Below are positions 35,515 through 46,318 of a DNA stretch of 64,000 bases, piece after piece. Position numbers and translations under genes: made by a program. The notes beneath the pieces were generated by a model that searched no databases, was not told the DNA's origin, and worked only from the letters and a program-made list of their open reading frames with translations. Position 1 is the stretch's first letter. Each line of letters starts with the position of its first letter. Origin of the DNA: a virus; IMG/VR virus record IMGVR_UViG_3300042544_000912, positions 1 through 64,000 of that record. The stretch is one strand, 5' to 3'.

Positions 35515-37077
35515 ATGGATCAGTATGACGAGTCAGAATTTGGTCAACCAGAACTCGATCTAGATGCATTCAAAGAACGTTCACCTGCTTTACTGCAAAA
35601 AGCTGGAGATGTTGTTTATAATGAGGTGCTTCTGATTTCTGAGGGCGCAGGTGTGATTGATATTAAAGACTATGTAGTTGAAATCAATATCTATGAGGAT
35701 ATGTTTTCGCCATGTCTGCACGGAAACATCATCATTCGTGATACACAGAACTTAATTGAAAAAGTTCCTTTAATTGGCGATGAAATTTTGACGTTAGATA
35801 TTTCTACGCCCAAAATTACTGATTTGCCTTATGACCCCACAAACTGCATTCAAAAATCTTTTGCGGTTTATGCTATCAAGAATCGCATTCTTTCGAATGA
35901 AGATAAAGAGCAACTATATGCACTACACTTTATATCTATGGAGGGTATGCGAGATAACGTAACATATCTTTGTCAAAAATATGAAGGCACTACAGACGAG
36001 TGTGCCCAAAAAGTTTTCGATGAGGTTTTTAAAGAAATACCTCGTTATCTAAATGGTAAGAATACCGAAGCAACCGCTCCCAAGACGGGCATATACATTA
36101 GCGATCAGCCACATACTTCTAAGATATCGTTTTTGCCACCTATGTGGACACCATTTCAAATTATGAATTATCTGGCAAAGAGATCGATTGGTACTACGGT
36201 ACCAGATGCGCCGACCTATCTGTTCTACGAAACCACTAAGTCATTTTACTTCTGTTCTGTTAGTGGTCTTATTAAATCTCAGTTAGACGCTGGATACGTG
36301 GCAAATAAATTTAAATACCGCAAGAAAGAATTTAATGAGCAATTAGGTGAAGATGCTATCCGGGCGGGTTACACTCATGTTGAAAATCTAGAATTCCTAA
36401 CTAACATGGATGTTCTTCAAGGTCAAGACTTGGGACATTTTGCAAGTTCTTTATGCACTCTTGATATGGTAAACAAAGAATATATCGGCACTGTCTACGA
36501 CCATGGATTTGAATTCCAGAAGTATCCGCATCTGGGTAATTATGAATCCACTCCCACTAGCGTCACTCCTACCAAGAAAGAAAAGAAATACAATTCAATC
36601 TTTCCGGCTAATGTGATTAGATCGTCGGACAGTAAAGTATTCATTGAAACCATTCATAAGGGCGTGCTAGATAATCAAGATGATGAACTAATGAATCTAC
36701 ATCCTGAAAGATATGTGCAACAAAGAAATAGTTTGTTCTCTGATATTACAACGTTGAAAATGAAAATTACTGTTCCTGGTAGAACAAACATGGAAGTTGG
36801 TACGATTGTCGATTTAGATTATCCATCGGTATCGGCCGATAGAGATAAATCTGCGAGTGAAGATATACGAGACAAATGGATAAGTGGTTACTATATGATA
36901 ACTGCAATACATCACCAAATAACAAAACTTAGACACAATGCAATATGCGAAATTTCTAAGGATTCATATTTGAACGATCTGGTTACTGTCACAGAAAATG
37001 CACCTACAACAGAAAAGCCAGCCGCAAACCCTCCCACAAATGCGCCGACACCAACAGCGCCCGCGCCAACCAGCTAA
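35515..37077 (+). CDS. baseplate hub protein (gp27-like position)
   Basis: Between gp53 and gp5; INIYEDMF, YLFYET, VPGRTNMEVG, SGYYMITAIHH. Confidence 0.55.
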   Translation: MDQYDESEFGQPELDLDAFKERSPALLQKAGDVVYNEVLLISEGAGVIDIKDYVVEINIYEDMFSPCLHGNIIIRDTQNLIEKVPLIGDEILTLDISTPKITDLPYDPTNCIQKSFAVYAIKNRILSNEDKEQLYALHFISMEGMRDNVTYLCQKYEGTTDECAQKVFDEVFKEIPRYLNGKNTEATAPKTGIYISDQPHTSKISFLPPMWTPFQIMNYLAKRSIGTTVPDAPTYLFYETTKSFYFCSVSGLIKSQLDAGYVANKFKYRKKEFNEQLGEDAIRAGYTHVENLEFLTNMDVLQGQDLGHFASSLCTLDMVNKEYIGTVYDHGFEFQKYPHLGNYESTPTSVTPTKKEKKYNSIFPANVIRSSDSKVFIETIHKGVLDNQDDELMNLHPERYVQQRNSLFSDITTLKMKITVPGRTNMEVGTIVDLDYPSVSADRDKSASEDIRDKWISGYYMITAIHHQITKLRHNAICEISKDSYLNDLVTVTENAPTTEKPAANPPTNAPTPTAPAPTS

Positions 37078-37102
37078 ATAGATCGATGGAGTAATTTGTA
37101 TT

Positions 37103-38029
37103 ATGATGGATAACAGAACAACTAATAACGTTGGTCAGTTTTACTGGTGGTTCGGCGTGGTCGAAGATCGCGACGACCCCTTACGCATGGGTAGATGCCG
37201 TGTTCGTATTATGGGCTATCACATAGATAGCAAAGAAATACTTCCTACCGAAGATTTACCATGGGCATTTCCAATTATGCCCGCAAACAACCCTTCTATC
37301 TCAGGTACAGGTACTTCATCAAACGGTGTCGTTACTGGTACTTGGGTAGTAGGCTTCTTCGCAGATGGGTCTGACGGTCAACATCCAATGTTCTTCGGCA
37401 CAGTCGGTGCTGTTCCTGGTGGACCATACGGAGATCCTTGTGCGCCCGCGGGTGGCAATTCAGCAAGCGATACCGGCGGTGAAACAGGCTCGTTCACTGA
37501 GCCAAGCGGAAATGCAAAGTCTTTAGAAGAGTATCTAGAAAAATTCTTAGATACAAATGGGCCCCAATTACCCAACTGGGGTCCAATGGCCAAAGCTGCT
37601 ATTATGGCACAGTGTGCCCATGAAACCGGAAACTTTGTTTACTTGAAGGAATACGGCTCAGAAAGTTATTTCACGAAATACGACCCTGGTAATCACAAAG
37701 ATGCTAGAGCTAACGGAAATACCCAGGTAGGCGATGGCGCAAAGTATAAGGGTAGAGGATATATTCAATTAACTTGGAAAAATAACTACATCAAAGCCGG
37801 GGAATATATTCGAAAAGATTTGCAGAATAATCCAAAACTCGCGGAAACCAAAGAGATTGCAGCAATGTTGGTAGTATGGTATTTCAAAACCCAACGAGCT
37901 AGAATTGGCAATGGTAATAAATGGGGTGATATCGTCGCTGTAACTAAAGCGGTTAACGGCGGAACAAACGGCCTTGACGATAGAAAAGCGAAGTTCGCCC
38001 ACTATAAAAAGAAGTATGGAATAGCATAA
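37103..38029 (+). CDS. gp5 N-terminal OB-fold fused to a GH19 (chitinase/lysozyme-like) domain
   Basis: WWFGVVEDRDDPLRMGRCRVRI, LPWA, WVVGFFADG (gp5 OB); AQCAHETGNF, YKGRGYIQLTWKNNY, VNGGTNGL (GH19). Confidence 0.88.
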   Translation: MMDNRTTNNVGQFYWWFGVVEDRDDPLRMGRCRVRIMGYHIDSKEILPTEDLPWAFPIMPANNPSISGTGTSSNGVVTGTWVVGFFADGSDGQHPMFFGTVGAVPGGPYGDPCAPAGGNSASDTGGETGSFTEPSGNAKSLEEYLEKFLDTNGPQLPNWGPMAKAAIMAQCAHETGNFVYLKEYGSESYFTKYDPGNHKDARANGNTQVGDGAKYKGRGYIQLTWKNNYIKAGEYIRKDLQNNPKLAETKEIAAMLVVWYFKTQRARIGNGNKWGDIVAVTKAVNGGTNGLDDRKAKFAHYKKKYGIA

Positions 38030-41000
38030 TGTCATTACTACAAGCAACAAGTCTTATTACTTCTGGCGTAAAGTCATTAAAGACTGGCAAACTACCCGAT
38101 CTTGCATCTACTGTTAATGCGCTATCCTCCGCAGGTGTTTTATCTAAAGACGAAGCCAAAGTTGTAAAAGCAGGTTTGTCCCTAGCAAATACTGTTGCGC
38201 CAGGAACTTCTACAAATTTATCTATTGTTACAAATAGTCTTGCAACAGTTGGAATTTTAACCAAGACAGAAGCGGCCACTTTAACTAAACAGATAAACGT
38301 ATCTTCTTCGTCGTTATCAAGCAATACAACTGGTAATGTAAATAAACTGCTGGGAACTCTAACTAAGTCTGGTGTTATTGATGCTAATACATCAAAGTTA
38401 TTATCAAGCGGGATAAGTATTTTAACATCCGCATCTAATGGCAGCGTGAACGGTGTAATTACTGGCGCATTAAAGTTAGCGGGTGTCTCACCAAGTGTGG
38501 AAAAAGCCGCGGTTCAGATTATGCAGGCTGTTCCAACTACGATTGAAACATCTAAAGCAAGTTCCGGATATCAGACAACTACTACTATTTTACCAGATAT
38601 CGGTTCACCTGGCATTCTAACTAAAGATGATTGTGTTAAATTGCTTACCGCTTGCCAGATGGCAATACATAAAAAATATGTAGTAAATGGTAAGCGCAAT
38701 AACTGGCGCAAAGTTCACAATCGCGGTGAGTATGGTGCATATAGAATGTCCGTCTCACAATTGATAGACATTGATTTTCTAAAGCCAGAAATTCAAGAGT
38801 GGGCAGAAGAATGCATCCATTCTCGTCCTACTGGTCCGGGCGCGGCAGAAAGAATTAAGACTTACGCCGAAGCGGTTCAAGAAACAAATGGCGACTATGA
38901 TTTTGCTCCATTCAAGCGTGAAGCGGCAAACAATCTTCAATACTTCTTCCTGTATAATCCTATTCCTCTAGACCATGTTGCTGCCGTAAGAAGTATGATT
39001 ACATTCATTACTTCCGAAGAGATGCAGGACAAAGCGGCATATTATTATTTGAAGAAAGCATACGCCGATTTAAGTAATGCAAAGATCGTAAACGAACAAA
39101 CTCCAAAAACCACAATTGCGGGGCTTCTGGCAATTGCATTATGTGCTAAACTAGATGATGCTATTAGATTTTCTCAGGGTGTTATTAAGACTAATGCCGA
39201 TGGTATTTCGTCGAAGTATTGGTATGATACTGGTTGGAATGCTCTCGCTGAAACTCCTAAGACAACTAATAGCGATACACCCCTATTGAAAGAAGGTGTT
39301 CGTTCACCTACTACTGAAATTAGCACGAAGGCTCTGATCGAAACTGCTAAAGACTTAGCGGACGTTATGTCCGGTAAGAACATCAATGGTGTCGTTTCAG
39401 GTCTTGTCAAAAATGGTATACTGCCAGCAGATGTTGGCGGAATCGTTGAAGCCGGTCTTGGTATCGCAGCCTCTGTAATCAAAGACAAGCTGGCAGAAAT
39501 CGACAAGGCCAAAGATGCGCTGCTAAAAGCATCCAGTGTTTTGCCAGCAGGTGCAAGTTCTTCACTAAAATCTATTTCATCCATTTCATCTAAAGTAAAT
39601 GGGGTAACAAGTAAAGTTCCCTCTATCAGTAGCGTTGCGGCTAAAGCGAATGTTGCAACGGTAACATCTAATATTTCAGCTACTTCTAATGTAACATCTT
39701 TAGCCAAAAAGATCACAGCGATTGCTGGTGATATTGAAAATACTGCAACAACGGCTGTAGGTTCAGCCTTGGGTTCCGTTGGTGCAAGCGGTAAAGTAGA
39801 CCCAGCTTCGTTAAGTTTTATTGGTGAATCTCTAAAGTCTGGATTTGGTCTTGCTAATGACCCTCAGACGGCAGTGGTTAACGAATTGAATAGAAGAGGT
39901 ATGTGTCCTCCGGGGTCAACTGCACTTCTTCGCGCCGCAATCGATGGCGTAAGTGATCCTGCTAAGATTTCAGATTTGATTGCAGCCGAAACCAATAAAA
40001 TGGGTAATGTAGGCACGGCAATTCCGGCGCTTAATACCAAGATTATCGAACAGACTGGCGCTAAACCGGGTCTTGCGAATAAGTTTGAGGAAGCAAAAGC
40101 CGCTGCAATTAGTGCTATCGGTGTATCAAAGCCGGAACTTACCGCTCTAGTCAGTAGTGCTGGTTCAGCGTCGATGGAATCTCTTCAAAAGAAAGCGACC
40201 CAGGCTGCCGATAATATTTTGAATACTACAACAACTGCCGTTTCTGGTCTTGAACTTGCGAACAATCTAACTTCTGTTACAGCGGGTGCCGCTGACCCAG
40301 CAAGTGCCGCAGCCGCACTTGGCGCTTCTGCGGTATCAAATGTAACTGGTTCCGCATCCGCGGCAACCGATGCAGTTTCTGGTATTGCTGGTAACTCACA
40401 AGGAGCCCTTAACTCCGCAACAGGCAACGTTACAAATGCACTGTCAAACGCGGCATCAAACGTCACGGGAATGTTGGGTGGTTCTTCACCTACGACTACT
40501 GAAAAGCCAGCAGAAGGACAAATTGTTTCGTCGTTCTTGCCGGTATCACCTGCTTCTGTTCCTCCAACTCCTCAAACTGGTGCAGCGTCCGCAGACGCAG
40601 TTCCTGCGCTACCCTCTACTCAAATTGCGGCTGCGGTAGGAGGTCCAACGCAGGCTTCTTCACCACCTGTTGACCCCAATCCGATAAAGACTCCATATGG
40701 TTCTGTAGAAGTCTCATACCAATGGACAGCATCTAATGGTGTTGTTACGCTATCTGCTAAGGGTTCACCAATTGCGTCTGTAAACTTAATTGATAAGACA
40801 GATACTAAAACTCCACAATATGAAACATTGATTGCAGCAATAGATGGTGCAATTAAGCAAGAGCGTATCAATAATTATACACCAAGAGTTCCTAAAACTT
40901 TTGAACAGAATATTGGAAATGCTCTTTATCCGCAAAATAGCGGTGCTCTACCGCTCAGAGAAATTCCGATAATTGCTACAGTTATTCCGTTTATGGGTGA

Positions 41001-43242
41001 CCACGCAATAAAGGTCGATGGATTAAAACCGATAAACTATCAAGCAGATAGAACAAAATACATTATACCTCTCAACAGACCCGAGGGTACAGAAAGTATT
41101 GATGCTCAATTAACTCGCGAAATTGAATATACGCAGCGAGACATTGTAGAATTAAATCAAGAGGTTACCGCCGACCCGACCGGTTCGACTGCTAAATGGG
41201 ATCTTCCTACCGCCGAGGCATGGCTTGATGTTCTTAATGCTCTAAAGAGAGAACAAAAAAATATTATCTTTAACTATAATAAGTGGGTTAGAGATACTAA
41301 TAATCCTCCTCTTGGACCAGATACTCCAGTATCGACAGATTTAGCATCTGCCAAGGTAGGAATTATAGGCGAATATACTTCAAATCTAGAAAAAGTCAAG
41401 AAGACATTTTCAAATAATACTCCAGTAGCTTCACAGGGTGCAAGTAAAGCGGGTGAAGATGGTTCTACAACAACTGTTGTCACCGAAAAATACGGCGATG
41501 GTTCGATTGTCAAGACTACAATCGTAGAAGACCAAAAGGGTTTTGCGACTTCACAAAAAGAAGTGACGAGAGTTGCTCCTCCGATTGCTTCTCCTGCACC
41601 AAGCACTAATCCTCCTGTGGAAGACTCTATCCAACATCCCGCGCATGATGATCCTAATCAAACAGTGACGCAGGCCCCACCCAATGTGGCTAGTATTCCG
41701 ATATCTAATCCTACAAACAATGGTTTTGGTGACCCCCTCGGACAATATCCAAAAGCAAGTCTTGGTGGTAAACCAGATATCAATCCACTAGCTGTAGGTG
41801 TAAACTCTCCTCATATTCAAAATGACCCAGCCTCACAGGGTGCAAAACAAGAAACTCTGGGTATAGGTTCTTCACCTGCTGCAAAGAATGCTGTTCGTAA
41901 GAAAGACGTTCCGAAAGCGGGTAGACATGGCGGGTCATGGTCGCAGCCCGAAACTCCATATGCAGCAAGATATCCTTACAATAAAGTTACTGCATCGGAA
42001 TCAGGTCACGTTACAGAAATTGATGATACACCGGGCGCAGAAAGAATTCACACTGCCCATAAGTCTGGTACATTCCAAGAAATTGGACCTAACGGCACCC
42101 AAGTAACTAGAATTGTAGGTGATAACTACACAATCATCGACAGTAATGGTTATATCCTTATCGAAGGTAGAGCTAACGTTCACGTTGCTGGTGAATGTAA
42201 TGTTATGATTATGGGTGATGCTAATCTTACTATGAATGGCAAAGTTAATATGGACGTTCACAACGACTTCAATCTAAACGTTGCTGGCCACTTCGGGTTG
42301 TCAGTCGGCGGCGGCATCTTCATTCGCAACGATGGCGTATTCTCGCACGATAACAAGGGCGATATGCAAATTCATGGAGCAGGTAACTTCAACTCTACGA
42401 TTGATGGCACTCAAAATCTAACAGCAAGTGGATATAAAGTAACATCTAAGGGTGATTATCATGTTAAGGTAGCGGCAGTGTCTTATCATACGTCTGTTGG
42501 CAATATCAATCAAGACACAGATGGTTCAATCTTGAGCAAAGCCGCAGTAACTATCGATAGTAAGTCGGGCACACATACAAACATCGAATCGCTTGGTAAT
42601 ACAAATATCAAGTCTGCTGGTTCTGTTAATACGGAATCAATTGCTGCCACAAATATCAAGTCTGCGAATGTGATTAATGCACAAGCAACAGATTCGATTA
42701 ACGTCAAGTCTGGTAATGCGGTGAATGTCAACTCTGCGGCAGCAACCAACGTTAAGTCTGGTGCAGCCGTAAATGTTGAGGGCGCAGGTAATATCAATCT
42801 TAAGGCACCTCTTGTCGCATCTTCGCCGATTGATACGCCAACTTTAGATGTTACAACTGCAAATATTTCTACACTGAATGCTGGTAGCACAAATCTTCGA
42901 GCAACCGGAACTGATACTGGCACTAATGGGGGCAGCACCCACGATCTTCCGATATCTGGACCGACATCTGCCTCTGTCACCGCACCCGCCGCGGCAGCAA
43001 CCGCTGGTAATGCTAACTCGGCTGACCCGGCAAGCGAAGCAACTGGCGCCAAGATTGCAACACTGGCTAATCCAATTCCAGTTGAGAAGCCGGTATCAGT
43101 CTCGGCATCTCCGATTGTCGCAGGCATAAGCGGTAATCAGACTAACGGAGCAGGCGGAAATAGCTTACCTATTAACTCTGCTGGTGGCGCTCAGTTTGAC
43201 GTTAGAGATTTCGAAAAAGAAAATCCAGTAACACACGGATAA
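38029..43242 (+). CDS. giant gp5 C-terminal (beta-helix spike) protein with long N-terminal extension
   Basis: YPYNKVTASESGHVTEIDDTPGAERIH..HKSGTF.EI and following beta-helix repeats (NIKSAGSVNTES...); about 1300 aa of Ala/Ser/Thr-rich extension. Confidence 0.75.
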   Translation: MSLLQATSLITSGVKSLKTGKLPDLASTVNALSSAGVLSKDEAKVVKAGLSLANTVAPGTSTNLSIVTNSLATVGILTKTEAATLTKQINVSSSSLSSNTTGNVNKLLGTLTKSGVIDANTSKLLSSGISILTSASNGSVNGVITGALKLAGVSPSVEKAAVQIMQAVPTTIETSKASSGYQTTTTILPDIGSPGILTKDDCVKLLTACQMAIHKKYVVNGKRNNWRKVHNRGEYGAYRMSVSQLIDIDFLKPEIQEWAEECIHSRPTGPGAAERIKTYAEAVQETNGDYDFAPFKREAANNLQYFFLYNPIPLDHVAAVRSMITFITSEEMQDKAAYYYLKKAYADLSNAKIVNEQTPKTTIAGLLAIALCAKLDDAIRFSQGVIKTNADGISSKYWYDTGWNALAETPKTTNSDTPLLKEGVRSPTTEISTKALIETAKDLADVMSGKNINGVVSGLVKNGILPADVGGIVEAGLGIAASVIKDKLAEIDKAKDALLKASSVLPAGASSSLKSISSISSKVNGVTSKVPSISSVAAKANVATVTSNISATSNVTSLAKKITAIAGDIENTATTAVGSALGSVGASGKVDPASLSFIGESLKSGFGLANDPQTAVVNELNRRGMCPPGSTALLRAAIDGVSDPAKISDLIAAETNKMGNVGTAIPALNTKIIEQTGAKPGLANKFEEAKAAAISAIGVSKPELTALVSSAGSASMESLQKKATQAADNILNTTTTAVSGLELANNLTSVTAGAADPASAAAALGASAVSNVTGSASAATDAVSGIAGNSQGALNSATGNVTNALSNAASNVTGMLGGSSPTTTEKPAEGQIVSSFLPVSPASVPPTPQTGAASADAVPALPSTQIAAAVGGPTQASSPPVDPNPIKTPYGSVEVSYQWTASNGVVTLSAKGSPIASVNLIDKTDTKTPQYETLIAAIDGAIKQERINNYTPRVPKTFEQNIGNALYPQNSGALPLREIPIIATVIPFMGDHAIKVDGLKPINYQADRTKYIIPLNRPEGTESIDAQLTREIEYTQRDIVELNQEVTADPTGSTAKWDLPTAEAWLDVLNALKREQKNIIFNYNKWVRDTNNPPLGPDTPVSTDLASAKVGIIGEYTSNLEKVKKTFSNNTPVASQGASKAGEDGSTTTVVTEKYGDGSIVKTTIVEDQKGFATSQKEVTRVAPPIASPAPSTNPPVEDSIQHPAHDDPNQTVTQAPPNVASIPISNPTNNGFGDPLGQYPKASLGGKPDINPLAVGVNSPHIQNDPASQGAKQETLGIGSSPAAKNAVRKKDVPKAGRHGGSWSQPETPYAARYPYNKVTASESGHVTEIDDTPGAERIHTAHKSGTFQEIGPNGTQVTRIVGDNYTIIDSNGYILIEGRANVHVAGECNVMIMGDANLTMNGKVNMDVHNDFNLNVAGHFGLSVGGGIFIRNDGVFSHDNKGDMQIHGAGNFNSTIDGTQNLTASGYKVTSKGDYHVKVAAVSYHTSVGNINQDTDGSILSKAAVTIDSKSGTHTNIESLGNTNIKSAGSVNTESIAATNIKSANVINAQATDSINVKSGNAVNVNSAAATNVKSGAAVNVEGAGNINLKAPLVASSPIDTPTLDVTTANISTLNAGSTNLRATGTDTGTNGGSTHDLPISGPTSASVTAPAAAATAGNANSADPASEATGAKIATLANPIPVEKPVSVSASPIVAGISGNQTNGAGGNSLPINSAGGAQFDVRDFEKENPVTHG

Positions 43243-43246
43243 AAAT

Positions 43247-44032
43247 ATGACAGACACTACAAATAGTAATCCACCCACAGCAAATACTTCCACGGGCGAA
43301 AACCCTACACCCGCGGAAACGCCACCAACTACAGAAAGTAGCACTAATCCGTGTGATTTGGGTAATGGTAGTCCAAGTTTCGTTGATGGGGAAGGGGGTT
43401 CTCCAGCATCAACTGCTCCTGGCACACCCGTTCCGCCCGCGGCTGGATTCAAACCTACAAATAAAGAATATATTACAAATCAGCCTTTACCTGCAATACC
43501 TACAAATATCAACTTTAACAATGCAGCTAGAAGCATTAGGTTATCTCACTATTTTACATTACATGATGTTCTTCATCCGGCACTTGGTGCACCAGGAATT
43601 CCTATGGGCGGCAAAACTGCCGGTGGAAGAAGATGGACAGCATATCAAATAGTGCAGAATCTTCGAGACTTGTGTGTTCTTTGCTTAGACCCTATTAAGC
43701 ACCGCTACAGAAATGTTTTGATAACTTCAACATTTAGAGGTGATAGCACTGGCTCGGCACATAATGTAGGCTGGGGATGTGATATGCAGTTCGCGGCCCA
43801 TGGCAAATCCATGGGTTCATTAATCAGTGTTGCAAATGATGTTGCCAGATTGGGAATACCATACGACCAATTGCTTTATGAATATGCCCCAGGCAGATGT
43901 AAGGGTACATGGTTGCACGTGGGACTTAGAAGACCCGCCACATTAGAAGTTAGAAATCAGGCACAAAGTTTTTATAAGGACAAAGGTTATGGTAGAATAG
44001 GACAATTTGATCAAATGCCTGGCCTTAGATAA
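43247..44032 (+). CDS. peptidase M15-like zinc peptidase (peptidoglycan hydrolase)
   Basis: LSHYFTL, ITSTFR, SAH..GWGCD, YDQLLYE, WLHVG. Confidence 0.75.
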   Translation: MTDTTNSNPPTANTSTGENPTPAETPPTTESSTNPCDLGNGSPSFVDGEGGSPASTAPGTPVPPAAGFKPTNKEYITNQPLPAIPTNINFNNAARSIRLSHYFTLHDVLHPALGAPGIPMGGKTAGGRRWTAYQIVQNLRDLCVLCLDPIKHRYRNVLITSTFRGDSTGSAHNVGWGCDMQFAAHGKSMGSLISVANDVARLGIPYDQLLYEYAPGRCKGTWLHVGLRRPATLEVRNQAQSFYKDKGYGRIGQFDQMPGLR

Positions 44033-44042
44033 GAACTTTTCG

Positions 44043-44050
44043 TATAAATA
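44043..44050 (+). promoter_or_regulatory. T4-type late promoter
   Basis: TATAAATA just before gp25. Confidence 0.7.
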
Positions 44051-44055
44051 CACTT

Positions 44056-44454
44056 ATGGCTACCAAACTATTAAACAGAATATATTCGGACTTCGATCTT
44101 TCATTCGCAGCTAATCCTGTGACGGGGGATTTGGCAAAAAAGTATGATGTTAATGCGGTAAAGCAGTCCCTTAAAACTCTTATCCTGACTAGATTTTATG
44201 AAAGACCTTTTCAACCAAAATTAGGTTCCCCTATCTATGCTATGCTATTCGATAATATCGATGTGATATCTGCCAATAGATTACAATTAGAGTTGGAACT
44301 TTTAATATCTAAGTATGAGCCAAGAGTATTAACACAAAATATTGAAGTGATTCCAGAATATGATCTAAATGCATTTAGGGTGGATATAACTTTTCAGGTA
44401 ATAGGCGTCGAAGGACCAGTAACATTTTCAACTATTCTAAGAAGAAGTAGATAA
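44056..44454 (+). CDS. gp25: baseplate wedge gp25
   Basis: YSDFDLSF..NPVTGD, AVKQSLKTLILT...ERPFQP.LGS, YEPRV. Confidence 0.92.
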   Translation: MATKLLNRIYSDFDLSFAANPVTGDLAKKYDVNAVKQSLKTLILTRFYERPFQPKLGSPIYAMLFDNIDVISANRLQLELELLISKYEPRVLTQNIEVIPEYDLNAFRVDITFQVIGVEGPVTFSTILRRSR

Positions 44455-44455
44455 T

Positions 44456-46315
44456 ATGGCACAATTAAATGTCACCGAACTAGATTTCTTCGGCATCAGA
44501 CAAAATCTAAAAACATATCTTGAAGCTCAAGAAGAATTTTCGGACTACAACTTTGATGGTTCTGGTTTATCTGTATTGATAGATTTGCTGGCATATAATA
44601 CCCACTATAATGCCACACTTGCGCATTTACTTTCAAATGAAATGTTCATCGATAGCGCAATTAAGCGCGGGTCAGTTGTATCGATTGCCAAATCTTTGGG
44701 TTATACTCCTCGCTCTATTGTATCTTCTAAAATAGATGCGACGATTACTATCACACCTGCGCCCACATATACTAATAATACCTTAACACTAAGCAAGTCT
44801 ATAGGATTTTCTGGTGCTGGATTAGATGGCGGCAGCTATGTTTTTTATTCTACTCAAGATGTTACCGCACTAAAAAGTGACGGAGTGTTCGTATTCAATG
44901 TAACTCTAGTTGAAGGTAAGCCGACCACGAATAGCTTCGTCGTAGCATCTGATACAGTATCTGGGCCGTTTGAGCTTCTAAACGGAAACGTTGATACGTC
45001 CACAATCAAGGTTCAAATTCAAAAGTCATCTACCGAATTAGAATACACCACGTATACTAAGAGTGAAAACATCTTATCTGTTACCGACGAATCGCAGGTA
45101 TTTTTCGTCGAAGAGAATTCATACGGAACAACTGAAATTAGATTTGGTGATAATGTTCTTGGAAAGTCTTTGGCCCAGGGTAATATTGTTGCCGTGGAAT
45201 ACATGGTAAGTGCTGGTATTTTAGCAAATGGCATTAGCGGAGTTGCGACAAAAAATGTTATCACTGGAACAGGCGAAACTGTTACTGTTTCCGGCACAAG
45301 ATCGTATGGTGGCGCAGACGCACAGACAACAGATTCCATTCGTTTCATCGCACCAAAGTTCAATGCGACAAAGAATAGAGCGGTAACTGCCGATGATTAT
45401 ACGGCATTGATTGAGAGTCAATACGGAAATATCAACTCTATCACTGTATGGGGCGGAGAGGATAATGATCCACCAATCTACGGCAGAGTGTTTGTTTCGA
45501 TTGAACCTTTACCAAATAGTATTATTACCGAAACAGATAAGGCAGCGATTGCTCGCGATATCATTAAGCCTAGAGGTGTAGTAGGAATTCAGCCGGTATT
45601 TGTTGACCCGACGTATCTTTATGTTAGCTTTAATATTACGTCAAGATATCTTAAAAAATCTACGTCGGCAACTCAGGCTACAATAGAAGCCACGATGAGA
45701 AGCTATTTGTCTAGTTACTTTATCAACACCACATCAAAGGTGAAAAAGAATTTCTATTATTCGGAACTACTAGAACTACTCAATTCAGTATCTCCGTCGA
45801 TTTATTCTACTAATATCGAATTAAATCTGCATCGCGCATTTGAGCCTTTTGTAGGAGAGAATAATAGAATTGTATTTAATTATAATACCGCTATTGCTCC
45901 AAATACCGTAAGATCAAACACATTCGCAACAACTCTTGCGTCTGGCAAATCTGTCAATTGTTATCTGCGTGATAGTTATACAGAAGAGTTGACAGTTGGT
46001 AATTTAGATTTATATGCAGATACAGATGTTCTACTCTCATCGGCGGTAGGAACAATTGATTACACAACTGGTAAAATTAGTATTCCTAGTTTGAATATTT
46101 CATCTGTTGTTAATGATTTATATCTAAGAGTTTATATTAAACCTCAGAGTTCATCACCAGATTTAATTCTTGTGCCAGTAAATGAAGATGAGAGATATAC
46201 ATTTGCAACTACGCCTTCGGTGAATAGTAGTTTGGTGTTAGCACAGGACAACTCTACCAAAGTTGCTGAACGTAATTATATCACTGGCACAACAATCAAT
46301 ATAATCGGAACATAA
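44456..46315 (+). CDS. gp6: baseplate wedge gp6
   Basis: ELDFFGIRQNLK, DYNFDGSGLSVLIDLLAYNTHY, RAVTADDY, WGGEDNDPPIYGRVF. Confidence 0.92.
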   Translation: MAQLNVTELDFFGIRQNLKTYLEAQEEFSDYNFDGSGLSVLIDLLAYNTHYNATLAHLLSNEMFIDSAIKRGSVVSIAKSLGYTPRSIVSSKIDATITITPAPTYTNNTLTLSKSIGFSGAGLDGGSYVFYSTQDVTALKSDGVFVFNVTLVEGKPTTNSFVVASDTVSGPFELLNGNVDTSTIKVQIQKSSTELEYTTYTKSENILSVTDESQVFFVEENSYGTTEIRFGDNVLGKSLAQGNIVAVEYMVSAGILANGISGVATKNVITGTGETVTVSGTRSYGGADAQTTDSIRFIAPKFNATKNRAVTADDYTALIESQYGNINSITVWGGEDNDPPIYGRVFVSIEPLPNSIITETDKAAIARDIIKPRGVVGIQPVFVDPTYLYVSFNITSRYLKKSTSATQATIEATMRSYLSSYFINTTSKVKKNFYYSELLELLNSVSPSIYSTNIELNLHRAFEPFVGENNRIVFNYNTAIAPNTVRSNTFATTLASGKSVNCYLRDSYTEELTVGNLDLYADTDVLLSSAVGTIDYTTGKISIPSLNISSVVNDLYLRVYIKPQSSSPDLILVPVNEDERYTFATTPSVNSSLVLAQDNSTKVAERNYITGTTINIIGT

Positions 46316-46318
46316 TAC

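Noticed and set aside
42510-43127. 205-aa minus-strand ORF and similar long antisense ORFs at 39174-41606 and 29251-31140
   Set aside because: Antisense shadows of Ala/Ser/Gly-rich structural genes; no RBS or motifs
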